This document shows, in pieces, positions 27,367 through 36,623 of a DNA stretch of 64,000 bases (position 1 is the stretch's first letter; every line of letters starts with the position of its first letter). This DNA comes from Candidatus Omnitrophota bacterium (GTDB lineage: Bacteria > Omnitrophota > Gorgyraeia > Zapsychrales > Fredricksoniimonadaceae): assembly GCA_013287965.1 (NCBI GenBank), contig JABDCU010000006.1, positions 2,216 through 66,215 on the forward strand, given 5' to 3'. Both the position numbers and the translations under genes were made by a program. Below the pieces are notes generated by a model. That model did not search any database and was not told where the DNA came from. It saw nothing but the letters and a program-made list of their open reading frames with translations.

Positions 27367-27987
27367 ATGAAATCAAAGATAATCATACAAGACTGGGGTT
27401 TAATTAATTACGCTGATGGCCTTGAGCGGCAGAAGAAGTGTGTCCAAAATGTCATTGAAGGTGCGCAGGATCATTTAATTCTTTGCGAACATCCTCCGGT
27501 TTTGACGCTGGGGCGTATGACCAATCCTGACAGTCTGCTCTATCAACGCAAGGAAATTGAAGATCGTGGTGTAATGGTTACTAATGTTGACCGTGGAGGG
27601 GATGTGACTTTGCACGCGCCGGGGCAGCTGGTCGTTTATCCTATCTTTAATTTAAATAAACGTGGTCGTGACCTTAAAGTATATATGGAAATGCTTGAAG
27701 AAGTTGCGGTTGATTTATTGAAGAATTTTGGTATATTGGCAATAAGCATTTCAGGCAAGAGGGGCGTATTCGTTGGTAAAGACAAGATCATTTCCATCGG
27801 TGTGGGTGTGCGCAAATGGGTCACCTATCATGGCTTAGGGATCAACGTTAATACCGACTTGTCCCTTTTTAATTTGATCAAACCCTGTGGTCTTGATGTG
27901 CGCATGACCTCGATGCAAAAATTAAAAGGTCATCCTGTGCCGATGCAGGATGTGAAGTCAAAAGTAATTGAGCTTTTCCAAAAATGA
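27367..27987 (+). CDS. lipB: Octanoyltransferase (lipoyl(octanoyl) transferase)
   Basis: DWGLINYADGLERQ, EHPPVLTLGR, NVDRGGDVTLHAPGQLV.YPI, G.FV...KI.SIGV. Start set at ATG 27367, downstream of the foldback. Confidence 0.85.
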   Translation: MKSKIIIQDWGLINYADGLERQKKCVQNVIEGAQDHLILCEHPPVLTLGRMTNPDSLLYQRKEIEDRGVMVTNVDRGGDVTLHAPGQLVVYPIFNLNKRGRDLKVYMEMLEEVAVDLLKNFGILAISISGKRGVFVGKDKIISIGVGVRKWVTYHGLGINVNTDLSLFNLIKPCGLDVRMTSMQKLKGHPVPMQDVKSKVIELFQK

Positions 27988-28214
27988 CAAAAATTATTTT
28001 ACCTGAATTAGGCGAAGGTATCACCAAGGCGACGATCGCCTGCTGGCACGCGAAGGTGGGCGACAGCCTGCAGGAAGGCCAGGAGGTCTGCGAGGCGGTC
28101 ACTGACAAAGCTTCTTTTATTATTGAGGCGCCGGCCCCGGGCAAGCTTAGATCAATTTCCGTCGCTGAAGGCCAAGAAGGTTTGGTTGGCGGCGTGTTGG
28201 GGACTATCGAGTAA
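27984..28214 (+). CDS. Stand-alone E2-type lipoyl-attachment domain protein (76 aa)
   Basis: ILPELGEGITKATIACWHAKVGDSLQEGQEVCEAVTDKASFIIEAPAPG matches the lipoyl domain with the TDKA lysine. ATGA overlap with the lipB stop. Confidence 0.7.
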   Translation: MTKIILPELGEGITKATIACWHAKVGDSLQEGQEVCEAVTDKASFIIEAPAPGKLRSISVAEGQEGLVGGVLGTIE

Positions 28215-28217
28215 GGC

Positions 28218-29339
28218 ATGGCAGAGATTAAACACAAGCGCGTTCTACTCATGTACATTTCGCAGGTTTCCGGGCATCGTCAGGGTGCGGTGGCGATCGC
28301 CAAGTCCCTTAAGGCCCTTGATCCTGATTGTGAAGTTTTGAGCATCAACGGATTTGGTTACACCTACCCGTTGATGGAAAAGATCATCAATACCGCTTAT
28401 ATGGGTGTCATCAAACGGGCCCCCAAGATATGGGAATACCTTTACGATAATCCCAAGGTCATCAAGTTTTCCGAAAAATGGAAACAATCCATCCACAAGT
28501 CTTCGCATAAGAAATTAAAACCATTGATCGATGAATTCAAGCCCGATGTGATCGTCTGCACCCAGGCTTTTCCTTGCGGCATGGTCGCGGATTATAAAAC
28601 GGCCAATCAACTTGGCCTTACAGTCATCGGCGTGCTGACGGATTACGCCCCGCATCTTTATTGGCTGCATGAAGGGGTGGATTTTTATGTGGTGCCGTCC
28701 CAAGAGGCCTGTGACCGTTATGTGAAAGAAGGTATCTCCAAGGAGCAGATCAAGATTTTTGGGATCCCTATCCGCATGAAATTCGCGGAAAGCTTCGGTG
28801 TAGAGAGCATTGCCAAAAAATTAAAACTTGATCTGAGTATTCCTACCATCCTGATCATGGGCGGCGGCCAAGGCTTGGGCCCCATGAAAGAAGCGGTCAA
28901 ATCCCTGGTGCGTCTTGAGAGGGCCTTGCAGCTGATCGTCATCTGCGGTACCAATGTCAAGTTAGTCAATTGGCTCAAGAAGATCCAGCGTAAGACAAAG
29001 AAGAAAATTATTTTTTATGATTATGCCAGCAATGTGGATGAGCTGATGGAAGTGTCCACCCTGATCGTCAGCAAGCCCGGCGGCATGACCACCAGCGAAT
29101 GCCTTGCCAAAGGCCTGCCCATGGTGATCGTTGATCCTATCCCCGGCCAGGAAGAGCGTAATTCTCAATTTTTGGTCAATCAGGGCATTGCTATCCGGGT
29201 GGATGACAAACGCCATATTGCCCGTGAGATCGATGTGCTTTTGGATGATCCAAAGAAATTGGCAGGGATGAAGCAGGCCGCGTTAAAAAACGGCAAACCA
29301 ATGGCCGCGGAAAATATCGCGCGGCTGATCTTGAACTAA
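28218..29339 (+). CDS. MGDG-synthase-family (GT28-like) diacylglycerol glycosyltransferase
   Basis: N-terminal RVLLMYISQVSGHRQGA..A and C-terminal SKPGGMTTSECLAKGLPMVIVDPIPGQEERN. Confidence 0.7.
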   Translation: MAEIKHKRVLLMYISQVSGHRQGAVAIAKSLKALDPDCEVLSINGFGYTYPLMEKIINTAYMGVIKRAPKIWEYLYDNPKVIKFSEKWKQSIHKSSHKKLKPLIDEFKPDVIVCTQAFPCGMVADYKTANQLGLTVIGVLTDYAPHLYWLHEGVDFYVVPSQEACDRYVKEGISKEQIKIFGIPIRMKFAESFGVESIAKKLKLDLSIPTILIMGGGQGLGPMKEAVKSLVRLERALQLIVICGTNVKLVNWLKKIQRKTKKKIIFYDYASNVDELMEVSTLIVSKPGGMTTSECLAKGLPMVIVDPIPGQEERNSQFLVNQGIAIRVDDKRHIAREIDVLLDDPKKLAGMKQAALKNGKPMAAENIARLILN

Positions 29340-29345
29340 GAAGAT

Positions 29346-30209
29346 ATGGGTAATTATTATCTTTATAGGACCGCTAAGTTTTTAGCAAAGATATTGCCCT
29401 TGGGGGTGAGCAGTGCCCTGGTCAGTTTCTTGTGTGACATGCATTTTTGTTTTTCCAAGGCCGATCGTCAGGCCGTTGAAAACAATTTGAAAATAGTGTT
29501 AAAGACAGATCATGTGCCCAGTGCCCAAGTCCGCGCGGTGTTCCGTAATTTTGGCAAGTACTTGCTGGAATTCTTTACCATGACCAATTATTTGCGTCCG
29601 GCCTTTGTTGAATCCAATGTCCATATTAATAATGTCGAATACCTTAGCCGAGTGCTGGAAAAGGGCAAGGGCGGTATTGTTGTCAGTGCCCATTTGGGCA
29701 ATTGGGAGATGGGCGGAACGATATTGCCCCTGGTGGGATTCCCGTTATCCATCGTGGCCTTGGCGCACAAAGACCCGCGGGTCAATGCCCTGTTTAACGC
29801 GCAGCGGGAAGCGTTTGGGGCCGTGATAATCCAAACCGATGTGGCTGTCCGGCGTGTCGTGGAGCATTTGCGGCAGAACCGCTTGGTCGCGATCCTGGTA
29901 GACAGGGATTTTGGTAATCGCGGGCTAATGATGGATTTTTTTGGCCGTCAAACAATGGTCCCCAAGGGGGCCGCTTTCTTTTCCATCAAAACAGGTGCTC
30001 CTATTATCCCTCTTTTTATCCTTCGCACGGCTGAAGGCCGCTTTGAAATTAATATTCATCCGCCCATTGAGCCTCCTCATGTGCCGGAGGGTAAGATCAC
30101 GGATGAAGCGGCCAAGGAGTATATCCAGAAATATTTGACGATCATTGAGGATGAGATCAAGAAGGACCCGTCACAGTGGCTTTTATTCAGGGAGTTTTGG
30201 AGATCATGA
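29346..30209 (+). CDS. LpxL/HtrB-family lysophospholipid (lipid A-type) acyltransferase
   Basis: SAHLGNWEMGG acyltransferase motif and a DRDFG..G region. Confidence 0.7.
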   Translation: MGNYYLYRTAKFLAKILPLGVSSALVSFLCDMHFCFSKADRQAVENNLKIVLKTDHVPSAQVRAVFRNFGKYLLEFFTMTNYLRPAFVESNVHINNVEYLSRVLEKGKGGIVVSAHLGNWEMGGTILPLVGFPLSIVALAHKDPRVNALFNAQREAFGAVIIQTDVAVRRVVEHLRQNRLVAILVDRDFGNRGLMMDFFGRQTMVPKGAAFFSIKTGAPIIPLFILRTAEGRFEINIHPPIEPPHVPEGKITDEAAKEYIQKYLTIIEDEIKKDPSQWLLFREFWRS

Positions 30210-30877
30210 AAATAGCCATTATCATTCCGGCGCATAATGAAGCCCAGACCATTGGTCCCCTGGTTGGGGCTGTGCGCGCCTTGGGGTATGACTGTATTGT
30301 GATCGATGATGGTTCGGTGGACCATACTGATGCCGTGGCCATCAAAGCAGGCGCCGTGGTGTTAAAGACCGGAATCAAAAGCGGCAAGGGCAATGCCTTA
30401 AAGGCCGGATTTGATCACGTGCTTAAGAATGGTTATGAGGCCGCCATCGCCATGGATGGTGACGGCCAGCATTCACCGTCGGATATCGCGGCATTCGCGG
30501 CTTGTTATCAAAATACAAACGCGGACATTATCAACGGTAACCGTATGCACAACCCGCGGGGAATGCCCTTGGTGCGCCTGATCACCAACCGGTTCATGTC
30601 CTGGCTGATCTCTCTTTTTTGCCGCCAAAGTATTCCGGACACGCAATGTGGTTTTCGCCTGATCAAAACAAAGGTGCTTAAAGCCATTAAACTTACAAGT
30701 TCTGATTTTGAGATCGAGACTGAGGTGCTGATCAAGGCCAGTAAAAAAGGTTTTAAAATAGCCTCGGTGGATATACAGACCATTTATAGGGATGAGAAGA
30801 GCAAGATCCAGCCGGTGCGCGACACCTTTCGTTTCATGGCCTATTTAGGGCGTGAGCTTTTGGGGAAAAATGACTGA
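30206..30877 (+). CDS. Family 2 glycosyltransferase
   Basis: MKIAIIIPAHNEAQTI...VIDDGSVDHT...MDGDGQH. ATGA overlap with the upstream gene. Confidence 0.8.
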   Translation: MKIAIIIPAHNEAQTIGPLVGAVRALGYDCIVIDDGSVDHTDAVAIKAGAVVLKTGIKSGKGNALKAGFDHVLKNGYEAAIAMDGDGQHSPSDIAAFAACYQNTNADIINGNRMHNPRGMPLVRLITNRFMSWLISLFCRQSIPDTQCGFRLIKTKVLKAIKLTSSDFEIETEVLIKASKKGFKIASVDIQTIYRDEKSKIQPVRDTFRFMAYLGRELLGKND

Positions 30878-31538
30878 AAATTTTATTTTTAAGGCCGTGT
30901 TTATTTCGTTGGCCGCTCATACAGCGTTCTTGTGCGTCACTTATCTTAGCCGGATCCATGACCCGCATTATCAGGCCGTCCGCCAGGGCCGGATCGAGAT
31001 CACCTACAAGCCGATCCATCTAAGATCTGCTGATATCCGGGAGCATCCTGTCAAGCCGGCCCAGCACCTGGATTTAAGTAATAATCCTAAATTTCTTTCC
31101 GACGGGAGCATACCTGTCAGCCTGGTCAAAGAACGGCCGACACTGCCTTTTGGGATGTTCTATGAACGTAAGTCCGAACGCATGCGCACCATGGAGTTAA
31201 GCCATAGGGTTTCCATTACGCCTATCAGATCGGAAAAAATAAATAATCCGGTTTATGCTGCTTATAATGAAATGGTGCGGGAGCGCATCAAGGAAAAAGT
31301 TTACGCCAATTATGACAAGATGGAGCGGGGTTCTGTGTATTTGACGTTTTTGTTGGATGAACATGGCGTGCTTAAAGACGCAAGGATCATAGAGGAGAAA
31401 ACCGATGCCTCAGAACATCTGCAGGAGATCGCCATGAGGAGTCTCCAAGAAGCCAGCCCATTCCCGCCTTTTTTAAAAGGCATGAATCTCACCGAATACC
31501 CCTTCAACATTGAGATCCAGTACCAAGTCAGTGATTGA
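30870..31538 (+). CDS. TonB-family C-terminal-domain protein (N-terminal membrane anchor)
   Basis: TM helix FIFKAVFISLAAHTAFLCV and a C-terminal G.VYLTF.LD..G.L.DARI......S....L...A..S...ASPFPPFP-like fold. Confidence 0.6.
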   Translation: MTENFIFKAVFISLAAHTAFLCVTYLSRIHDPHYQAVRQGRIEITYKPIHLRSADIREHPVKPAQHLDLSNNPKFLSDGSIPVSLVKERPTLPFGMFYERKSERMRTMELSHRVSITPIRSEKINNPVYAAYNEMVRERIKEKVYANYDKMERGSVYLTFLLDEHGVLKDARIIEEKTDASEHLQEIAMRSLQEASPFPPFLKGMNLTEYPFNIEIQYQVSD

Positions 31539-31623
31539 TCAAATTCCAGGCCACCCGCCGCAATTTTAATTTTGACTTTTTCAATATCCAATGATAATGT
31601 AATGCACTTTAGAGAGATGAAAT

Positions 31624-31653
31624 GGATTCCCGACAGAAGCATTCGGGAATGAC
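31624..31653 (-). repeat. Hairpin element of the GGATTCCC...GGGAATGAC family, intergenic
   Basis: GGATTCCCGAcagaagcatTCGGGAATGAC has an 8-bp perfect stem and ends 14 nt before ATG 31668 (gggag RBS in between). Confidence 0.75.
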
Positions 31654-31667
31654 ACTGGGAGTAATCT

Positions 31668-32036
31668 ATGACTTTACAAAATCGTTGGGGAGATGATGTG
31701 CAGAAGGATGAAGGCGGGCTTTTGGGCCCTGACGGACAGCCATTGGCATCAGCGCCCAAGCCCCCTCAGGAAGATGCGGCACCTGCGGCAGAGCCGCAGC
31801 TGGATTTCTTTAATTACATCGCGAGCCTCGGCTTTCAAACCATGATCTTCTTAGGGGAAATGCCAAACCCCATGACCAATCAAGTTGAAAAGAACCTCAA
31901 GCAGGCCAAATTCCTGATCGACACGCTGGTCATTTTGCGTGATAAGACCAAGGGCAATCTATCCAAGGAAGAGGATGATCTGCTCAACGGCTCCATTTAC
32001 GAACTGCAACTGCGTTTTGTGGACTTGTCCAAATGA
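31668..32036 (+). CDS. DUF1844-like protein
   Basis: FFNYIASLGFQTMIFLGEMPNPMTNQVEKNLKQAKFLIDTLVILRDKTKGNLSKEE pattern. Confidence 0.6.
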   Translation: MTLQNRWGDDVQKDEGGLLGPDGQPLASAPKPPQEDAAPAAEPQLDFFNYIASLGFQTMIFLGEMPNPMTNQVEKNLKQAKFLIDTLVILRDKTKGNLSKEEDDLLNGSIYELQLRFVDLSK

Positions 32037-32194
32037 TAGATGAGAAATTATTGGCATTACTTGCTTGTCCTGCCTGTCAAGGTGATGTTGAGCTTAAAGA
32101 TAAGACGGCGTCCGCGCCTAAGATCGTTTGTACGCGCTGTCAGCGCGAATATCCCATTGTCGACGGTATTCCTGTACTTTTAGTCGAATCTTAG
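32033..32194 (+). CDS. Trm112-family small zinc-ribbon protein (53 aa; absent from ORF track)
   Basis: MIDEKLLALLACPACQGDVELKD...IVCTRCQREYPIVDGIPVLLVES. ATGA overlap with the upstream stop. Confidence 0.7.
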   Translation: MIDEKLLALLACPACQGDVELKDKTASAPKIVCTRCQREYPIVDGIPVLLVES

Positions 32195-32200
32195 TTAAAT

Positions 32201-32230
32201 GGACCCCCGATTAAAACATTCGGGGGTGAC
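32201..32230 (-). repeat. Hairpin element, variant of the same family
   Basis: GGACCCCCGAttaaaacatTCGGGGGTGAC has a 7-bp stem, the same GA...TC inner pair and TGAC end as 31624-31653. It ends 9 nt before ATG 32240. Confidence 0.7.
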
Positions 32231-32239
32231 ATATATTAA

Positions 32240-33298
32240 ATGATGAATTCGCGTCTAAACAAGCTTGTTGAAGATTTTTCCCGCCATAAGAATATTGACG
32301 CCCTTTTGATCGTTAATGACAGTAATATCCGTTATCTGACCCAATTCCCTGCTTGCGAGTCCTGGCTTTTGGTCACCAAGACAAAAGCTTTCTATATTAC
32401 AGATTCCCGCTATTGTCTGGAAGCCCGCCAGGGGCTTAAAGGGGTTACGGTCAAGCAATATAGCAAGACGCCTTGCGCCACGCTTTGCGAGCTTTGCAAG
32501 CAATTTAAGATCAAGCGCCTTGGATTTGATGAGCGGCATACCAGCTTTGCTTTGTGGAAAAAGCTTAAGGAATTTTGCCCCAGGAACCGCAAGCTCATAC
32601 CGGCAACAGGATTGGTTGAATCCATTCGGGAAGTTAAGGATGAAGGGGAGATCGATCAGATCAGAAAATGCCTGAAATTGCACTATAAAGCCATTGATTT
32701 TATGAGAAAAGTGGTGAAACCTGGGCTTACGGAGCGTCAAATAGCCTTGAAATTGGAGGGTTTAGTGAAATCTCATGGGGCAGAGTTCTCTTTTCCACCC
32801 ATTATTGCTTCAGGCCCTAATTCCTGCTATCCTCACGCCAGGGCCACGGACAGGGTCATCCGTAACAATGAGAACGTTTTGCTGGATTTCGGCATTGATC
32901 TTAATGGTTATAAGTCTGACTTGACACGCAATTTCTTTTTGGGTAGAATAGCGCCTCGTGTCAAGCGAGTATTTGATGCCCTTAACCTTGCGCAACGGGA
33001 AGCTATAAGTATCATCAAGCCTGGCATGGCTTGTTCACAGGTTGATGCTCAAGCGCGTAAGATTTTGCGCAAGTTTGGTTTAGCGAAATATTTTGGCCAT
33101 TCTTTAGGCCACGGGGTGGGTTTGGACATTCATGAAGCGCCCCGGCTTTCCAGCCAAAGTACGGCTATATTAGAGCCTGGAATGATCGTCACGGTTGAGC
33201 CGGGTGTTTATATCCCCAATCAATTTGGCCTTAGAGTAGAAGACATGGTATTAGTAACTAAAGAAGGGTGTGAGGTGTTAAGTGGCTATTACAATTAA
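32240..33298 (+). CDS. pepP: Xaa-Pro aminopeptidase (M24 family)
   Basis: Creatinase-like N-domain followed by HSLGHGVGLDIHE and VEPG.Y motifs. Confidence 0.8.
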   Translation: MMNSRLNKLVEDFSRHKNIDALLIVNDSNIRYLTQFPACESWLLVTKTKAFYITDSRYCLEARQGLKGVTVKQYSKTPCATLCELCKQFKIKRLGFDERHTSFALWKKLKEFCPRNRKLIPATGLVESIREVKDEGEIDQIRKCLKLHYKAIDFMRKVVKPGLTERQIALKLEGLVKSHGAEFSFPPIIASGPNSCYPHARATDRVIRNNENVLLDFGIDLNGYKSDLTRNFFLGRIAPRVKRVFDALNLAQREAISIIKPGMACSQVDAQARKILRKFGLAKYFGHSLGHGVGLDIHEAPRLSSQSTAILEPGMIVTVEPGVYIPNQFGLRVEDMVLVTKEGCEVLSGYYN

Positions 33299-33848
33299 TG
33301 AACTTGAAACGGGGACCGGATTAGTCGTTGATGGTCAGCTTTATTTTATCACTGAGCTGACCCATGTTAAGCCGGGCAAAGGCTCGGCCTTTGTGCGCGT
33401 GCGCTTAAAGAACCTGCGTACTGACGCTGTTTTGGAGCGTACCTTCCGTACGGCGGAAACGCTTGAAAACGCTGACCTTGAGCGCCGCCGCATGCAATTC
33501 ACCTATGTCACGGGCGACGAGTATCATTTTATGGACCAAAGCACTTTTGAAGATACCATTATAGCCAAGTCATTATTGGGGGACGGGGTCAAGTATTTGC
33601 AGGACAACATGGAGGTTGAAACTATTCTTTATAATGACCAGGTGGTCAAGGTGGATGTGCCTAATTTTATCATTGCCACGATCATTGAAGCTGACCCGGG
33701 GCTCAAGGGAGATTCTTCCCGCGCAGGATATAAGCCGGCTAAAATTGATACCGGGGCCTCCATTCAGGTGCCTTTATTTATCGGGCAGGGTGAGACCGTT
33801 AAAGTAGATACCAGGACAGGGATTTACGTCGAAAGGGTCAAAAAATGA
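33282..33848 (+). CDS. efp: Elongation factor P
   Basis: GTG start; HVKPGKGSAFVRVRLKNL loop. Confidence 0.9.
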   Translation: MAITINELETGTGLVVDGQLYFITELTHVKPGKGSAFVRVRLKNLRTDAVLERTFRTAETLENADLERRRMQFTYVTGDEYHFMDQSTFEDTIIAKSLLGDGVKYLQDNMEVETILYNDQVVKVDVPNFIIATIIEADPGLKGDSSRAGYKPAKIDTGASIQVPLFIGQGETVKVDTRTGIYVERVKK

Positions 33849-34306
33849 ATTTAAAAGAGATCAAAGAGATCATTACCCTGATGAATGAAAATAATCTCAA
33901 TGAGATCGAGATTGAGCGTGAGGGATTAAAACTTAAGCTTAAAAAATCCGCGGATGGAGGGCTTGTCATGGGAACACCGGCCCATTATGCCGTGGAATCT
34001 CTTCCGGCGCCCAAGGCCGTAGCCCCAACTGCCGCGGCTTCCGCTGCCGCTGACGCGTCTAAAAATAATAAAGATATCAAATCTCCGATGGTAGGTACCT
34101 TCTATCGTTCTCCCTCGCCGGAAGCCGAGTCCTTTGTTGAGGTCGGCCAAACGGTTGAAGTCGGCCAGGTGGTTTGTATCGTGGAAGCCATGAAGTTAAT
34201 GAACGAGATCAAATCTGAGGTCCGCGGCAAGATCACGGAAGTGTCGGTGCAAAACGCGGAGCCGGTGGAATTCGGCCAGACTTTGTTCATCGTTGAGCCA
34301 CTATAA
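33845..34306 (+). CDS. accB: Acetyl-CoA carboxylase biotin carboxyl carrier protein
   Basis: A/P-rich linker and [12 protein letters not shown] biotinyl-lysine motif. Confidence 0.9.
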   Translation: MNLKEIKEIITLMNENNLNEIEIEREGLKLKLKKSADGGLVMGTPAHYAVESLPAPKAVAPTAAASAAADASKNNKDIKSPMVGTFYRSPSPEAESFVEVGQTVEVGQVVCIVEAMKLMNEIKSEVRGKITEVSVQNAEPVEFGQTLFIVEPL

Positions 34307-35652
34307 TGTTCTCCAAAATCCTGATCGCCAACCGCGGTGAAATTGCCTTAAGGGTCATCCGTGCCTGCAAAGAAATGGGCATACGTACCGTCGCGGTTTA
34401 TTCCGAAGCAGACCGCGACTCTCTGCATGTGCGCTTCGCTGATGAAGCGGTTTGTATTGGTAAAGCCTCCAGTAAAGAATCTTATCTTAATATCCCGGCC
34501 ATTGTCTCTGCCGCGGAGATCACGGACGTGTCCGCCATCCATCCCGGCTACGGTTTCTTGTCGGAAAACGCGCATTTCGCGGAAATTTGTGAATCCTGCC
34601 ATATCAAATTCATCGGGCCTTCTCCGGACAGCATACGCAAAATGGGCGATAAAATTGTCGCCAAGGAAACAGTCAGGAAAATGGGCGTGCCTTTAACACC
34701 GGGGAGTGACGGTGTCATCAAAACCCAGGACAAGGCATTGAGTATTGCCCAGAAGATCAAATATCCCGTAATTATCAAAGCCGTGGCTGGGGGTGGCGGC
34801 AAGGGCATGCGGGTCTGCCATAATGATGTGACCCTGATCAATTCTTTTAAAATGGCCCAAACCGAGGCAGAAGCTAATTTTGGCCTCGGGGACGTGTATA
34901 TAGAGAAATACATTGAAGGCCCCCGTCATGTGGAATTCCAGATCCTGGCAGATGAGCATGGCAATGTGATCCATTTGGGCGAGAGGGATTGTTCAGTACA
35001 GCGGCGCCATCAAAAATTATTAGAAGAGTCACCCTCGCCGGCTTTGGATGCTAATTTGCGTAAGAAAATGGGCGATGCCGCCGTTAAAGCGGCCAAGGCG
35101 GTCAATTATCACGGAGTGGGCACTATTGAATTTTTGTTGGACATGCACAATAATTTTTATTTCATGGAAATGAACACCCGTATCCAAGTCGAACATCCCG
35201 TCACTGAAATGGTCACGGGCATTGACTTGATCAAGGAGCAGATCAAGATCGCGATGGGCCAGAAGCTTAAGCTCAAACAGGAAGAGATCAAATTTCATGG
35301 GCATGCCATGGAGTGCCGCATCAACGCCGAAGACCCTTATAATAATTTTATCCCAAGCCCGGGCAAGATCGTTGAGTTAAACCTCCCCGGGGGGCCGGGC
35401 GTGCGCATTGACACGCATATTTATCCGGGTTATACGATAAGCCCGTATTATGATTCCATGGTGGCTAAATTGATCGTCCACGGCAAGGACCGTAATGAGG
35501 CAGTACGCATCATGCGCCGCGCCCTGGATGAGTTTTATATTGCACCTATCAAGACGACCATTCCAATACACATGGAGATCCTTCATCATCCGACCTTCCT
35601 GGAAGGCAAAGCCACGACACACTTCCTGGAAAAAATGATGAAGAACGAGTAA
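34306..35652 (+). CDS. accC: Acetyl-CoA carboxylase biotin carboxylase subunit
   Basis: [48 protein letters not shown]. Confidence 0.95.
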   Translation: MFSKILIANRGEIALRVIRACKEMGIRTVAVYSEADRDSLHVRFADEAVCIGKASSKESYLNIPAIVSAAEITDVSAIHPGYGFLSENAHFAEICESCHIKFIGPSPDSIRKMGDKIVAKETVRKMGVPLTPGSDGVIKTQDKALSIAQKIKYPVIIKAVAGGGGKGMRVCHNDVTLINSFKMAQTEAEANFGLGDVYIEKYIEGPRHVEFQILADEHGNVIHLGERDCSVQRRHQKLLEESPSPALDANLRKKMGDAAVKAAKAVNYHGVGTIEFLLDMHNNFYFMEMNTRIQVEHPVTEMVTGIDLIKEQIKIAMGQKLKLKQEEIKFHGHAMECRINAEDPYNNFIPSPGKIVELNLPGGPGVRIDTHIYPGYTISPYYDSMVAKLIVHGKDRNEAVRIMRRALDEFYIAPIKTTIPIHMEILHHPTFLEGKATTHFLEKMMKNE

Positions 35653-35661
35653 GGGGGACGT

Positions 35662-36024
35662 ATGAACAGGGACAATACGGTTGACTTAGGTGTCGTACAG
35701 ATCCATAAAAAGGTCATCGGGGACATCGCGGCCGCGTCCATTAAAGAAGTTCCCGGTGTTGAGCTTGCTACTTTCGGCATCATCGGGCCTATCGCGGAAG
35801 CGTTTGGCTATAAAAATTTTCCTGCTGTCAGTGTGACCGTGGATAAAGAAAGCCAAGTGTCCCTGGAGATCCGTGTTATAATTTATTATGGTATGAACAT
35901 TCCGGTTGTTGCCCGCCAGATCCAGGACGTGATCCAGCGCGCGGTGGAAGATGCCGTGGACATTAATTTAAAAGAGATCAATGTGAATGTTCAAGCCATT
36001 GAGAGGCCTGAAAGGAGCGCGTAA
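35662..36024 (+). CDS. Asp23/Gls24-family envelope stress protein
   Basis: VQIHKKVIGDIAAASIKEVPGV and a V.V.V C-terminal pattern. Confidence 0.8.
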   Translation: MNRDNTVDLGVVQIHKKVIGDIAAASIKEVPGVELATFGIIGPIAEAFGYKNFPAVSVTVDKESQVSLEIRVIIYYGMNIPVVARQIQDVIQRAVEDAVDINLKEINVNVQAIERPERSA

Positions 36025-36623
36025 TGTGGTTGCTGACCCGTATAGCCATCATATTTTATATTTTCATTATTTGGACGACCGGCATTGCTGTCATGCTCTT
36101 TGTGTCCCATGTTCTTGACCTGCAGACCATCCAACGCCTGTTGACGATGGTTTATTTTGATAATCAAAGCGGTGCCATCGCCGGGATCTGTGCCGGCGGC
36201 ATCATGTTCATGAGTTTTCTTTTGGCCAGGCTTATTTATGGAAGGCGCCAGATGGAGCGCACCATTGCTTTTGAAAATCCCAGCGGCGGGGTCACGGTGT
36301 CATTGACAGCCCTTGAAGACCTGATCAAACGCCTGATCGTGCAAATGCCCGAGGTCAAAGAGATCCGTCCGTACATGATCGCTGTTAGAAAAGGCCTGGA
36401 AGTGGACATTAAATTGGTGTTGAAGCATGAAGTCAATATTCCTGAGCTGACCGCCCGTTTTCAGGACCTGGTGCGCCGCAAAATAGAAGAGGCCGTCGGC
36501 ATGGAAGGCAAGATCAACATACGGGTGCATGTGGTTAAAATTTCACTGGATGACATTAAATCCAGGAACAAGGATGAATTTCAACTTCCAACCCAGGCCC
36601 CATTGCACGGGTATCGTTCATGA
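36024..36623 (+). CDS. Membrane protein, AmaP-like (Asp23 membrane anchor partner)
   Basis: Two N-terminal TM helices, size ~200 aa, and translationally coupled to the Asp23 gene. Confidence 0.5.
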   Translation: MWLLTRIAIIFYIFIIWTTGIAVMLFVSHVLDLQTIQRLLTMVYFDNQSGAIAGICAGGIMFMSFLLARLIYGRRQMERTIAFENPSGGVTVSLTALEDLIKRLIVQMPEVKEIRPYMIAVRKGLEVDIKLVLKHEVNIPELTARFQDLVRRKIEEAVGMEGKINIRVHVVKISLDDIKSRNKDEFQLPTQAPLHGYRS

